From NCBI GenBank assembly GCA_027074255.1, contig JALTDI010000108.1, forward strand, positions 1 to 26,807: a stretch of 26,807 nt of DNA. Direction: 5' to 3'. This DNA is from Desulfurellales bacterium. GTDB lineage: Bacteria; Campylobacterota_A; Desulfurellia; Desulfurellales; Hippeaceae. Made by a program: the position numbers and the translations under genes. The notes beneath the pieces were generated by a model that saw only the letters and a program-made list of their open reading frames with translations, did not search any database and was not told the origin of the DNA. Of the stretch, positions 25,139-26,807 are shown one piece after another; the first letter of the stretch is position 1, and every line of letters starts with the position of its first letter.

Positions 25139-26539
25139 TTATGAAATCAGAGATTTGACAAGATTTAAAGCTTCGTCTTTTTTGCGTATTGTGCCGAGTA
25201 TTTGGGCTTTTTTTGTCTCTTTTAACAAAAAATCAAGTATTTTTTTATCCACTTTAAATGAATCGAGTATATCGTTGCCGTCAATAAGGCCTCTTTCTTG
25301 TATCTTAGGTTTTATAGAAAAGTAGAATTCGTTTGCCATGAATCTCAAAAACTCAACATATTTTTCTCTTTTTATGGCGCTTATTTTCCCCTTTGCCAAG
25401 GTGTCTGCAAGGGCAAAAAACAGCAGGTCTATTCCTTTCTCATCGTAATTGATAAAAAACTCTATTATATCATTTTTGCCAAGTTTATTTTTATCCCAAA
25501 GGGAGAATATGTATGAAGGCTCTATGTGTTTTTCTATAAAAAATTTTGTTAATTTTAATATCGATTTGCCGAATGTATATTCTTTTGCATATTTACTGAA
25601 TAGCTCCGAGCTTTTTTTCTCATGGTTCGGGAATTTTACCCTTCCGTCCTTGTTCACTATTTTTGAAAACGGTTTACCTGCATCATGAAAGATAGCCGCA
25701 AGTTTTAGGGATATTAATACCGTACCCTTTTTGGATGTAAAATGCATAAGATATTTTGTGTAGCATTTGCCGAGTATCCTCTCCAAACGATTGAATGACC
25801 ACTCGATAAAGTTATAGACACTCAACGAATGTGTTTTAACATCAAATAGGTGGTGTTCACTCTGAATACATCCGTTTGTTAAGGACAAATCCTCAAATAC
25901 AGAATCTATAACCGATGCTTTGTCCATTAAGAGCAGATAGGCAAATGTGTTGTTTAGGGAAAGGAATTTTTTCAATTCATCCGTTATCCTCTCCTTAGAT
26001 GTCGAGCTTAAAAGATTACTGTCCCTCTGCGCAGCCTTGAGCGTTGAGGGCTCTATGTCAAATCTGTTCAAAGCAGCAAGCCTGAACGCCCTTATAATCC
26101 TTACCGGGTCCTGTTTGAAACAGTCATCCCTGTTTATTCTAATAATTCTTTTTGATATGTCATCTTGACCCTTCAAAGGGTCTATAATTTCGTCCTTATC
26201 CAAGTCGTATGCAATGGAATTAATTGTAAAATCCCTTTTTTCCAAGTCTTTTTCAATAGAATTATTTCTCGGCAGGGTTAGGTCTATTGTTTTCAGCCTG
26301 CAAAATATTCTATACGTTATGAGCTTTTTTTCATACTTGATATATTTGCATTTGAGTTGAGATGTGAACCTATTAACAATTTTGTCTATATCACCGAAAA
26401 CAACAAAATCGTAATCCTGAGTCTCTTTTGAGAGAAAAAAATCCCTTATTGCGCCTCCCACAAGGTATATTTTTGCATTTTCTTCCGTTGAAATTTTATG
26501 AAGGTTGTTTATGTATAAGTCTATTATTTTTTCTTTCAT
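25139..26539 (-). CDS. Class II tRNA nucleotidyltransferase with HD domain (probable CC-adding type)
   Basis: LVGGAIRD, DYD, RDFTINS, DPVRIIRA and HD motif FHDAGKP. ATG 26539 is preferred; GTG 26557 is an alternative start. Confidence 0.85.
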   Translation of the reverse strand: MKEKIIDLYINNLHKISTEENAKIYLVGGAIRDFFLSKETQDYDFVVFGDIDKIVNRFTSQLKCKYIKYEKKLITYRIFCRLKTIDLTLPRNNSIEKDLEKRDFTINSIAYDLDKDEIIDPLKGQDDISKRIIRINRDDCFKQDPVRIIRAFRLAALNRFDIEPSTLKAAQRDSNLLSSTSKERITDELKKFLSLNNTFAYLLLMDKASVIDSVFEDLSLTNGCIQSEHHLFDVKTHSLSVYNFIEWSFNRLERILGKCYTKYLMHFTSKKGTVLISLKLAAIFHDAGKPFSKIVNKDGRVKFPNHEKKSSELFSKYAKEYTFGKSILKLTKFFIEKHIEPSYIFSLWDKNKLGKNDIIEFFINYDEKGIDLLFFALADTLAKGKISAIKREKYVEFLRFMANEFYFSIKPKIQERGLIDGNDILDSFKVDKKILDFLLKETKKAQILGTIRKKDEALNLVKSLIS

Positions 26540-26696
26540 ATCTTTAAATATTATCACAAAGAGATAAAAAAATAAATAGAATTTATTAAGTTAAATGAAA
26601 ATTTGAATCCATCAACCTAAGGGGTATTTTTAGTGCAAAAAAGACAGAAGCGGTGTATATTTCATATTGTTTAAGATAGATGTTAAACTGTTTTTC

Positions 26697-26725
26697 TTGA
26701 CAAAATAACCCATTATAAAGATACT
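26697..26725 (+). promoter_or_regulatory. Sigma70-type promoter for the gene running off the right edge
   Basis: TTGACA (26697-26702), 17 nt spacer, GATACT (26720-26725). Confidence 0.55.
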
Positions 26726-26758
26726 CATCGTTGTTGGACTTTTTGGAGGTTTGTCGGT

Positions 26759-26807
26759 TTGGAGATTTTAAGAGGTTTTAAGGATGTGCTGCCTAAGGAT
26801 ATTGAAA
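26759..26807 (+). CDS. hisS: 5' fragment of probable histidyl-tRNA synthetase
   Basis: GGAGG at 26745-26749, TTG start, peptide MEILRGFKDVLPKDIE matching the HisS N-terminal RG.KD.LP motif. Only 16 codons are visible. Confidence 0.55.
   Translation, partial: MEILRGFKDVLPKDIE

Noticed and set aside
1-26807. CRISPR arrays, IS/integrase genes, tRNA/rRNA, selenocysteine read-through
   Set aside because: I saw no regularly spaced repeats, transposase motifs, structural RNA patterns or in-frame TGA within conserved domains.

Overview
AT-rich bacterial window with a ~17.4 kb anaerobic-respiration block (4229-21591, all + strand) between housekeeping genes. Left flank: greA (5' partial), pyrK, pyrD, lolA-like, and a nucleosidase/SplB-like radical SAM fusion. 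Right flank: ankyrin protein, MBL hydrolase, UbiD-family decarboxylase, tRNA nucleotidyltransferase, and a probable hisS start. The block is a clade II nitrous oxide reductase cluster (nosZ, cytochrome c, nosB, nosL, nosD, nosG, nosH, nosF, second nosL, nosY, second nosD-like gene). It continues into a DOMON-heme membrane protein, a Rieske protein, cytochrome b, a soluble cytochrome c, and a TorA/DorA-type molybdoenzyme with its monoheme partner. Most unusual points: (1) NosZ has a clade II core but a Tat signal and no fused heme c domain. (2) Two paralogous secreted helical proteins of unrecognised family sit inside the nos operon. (3) The second NosD has lost its His/Met copper site and C-terminal docking region. 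(4) A Thermus/actinobacterial-like Rieske/cyt b module has a DOMON-heme subunit where cytochrome c1 would be expected. (5) N2O reduction and N-/S-oxide reduction may share one electron hub under a Crp/Fnr-type promoter. A Desulfurellales/Campylobacterota-like host is my inference. All family calls come from motif recognition by eye; no searches were run.
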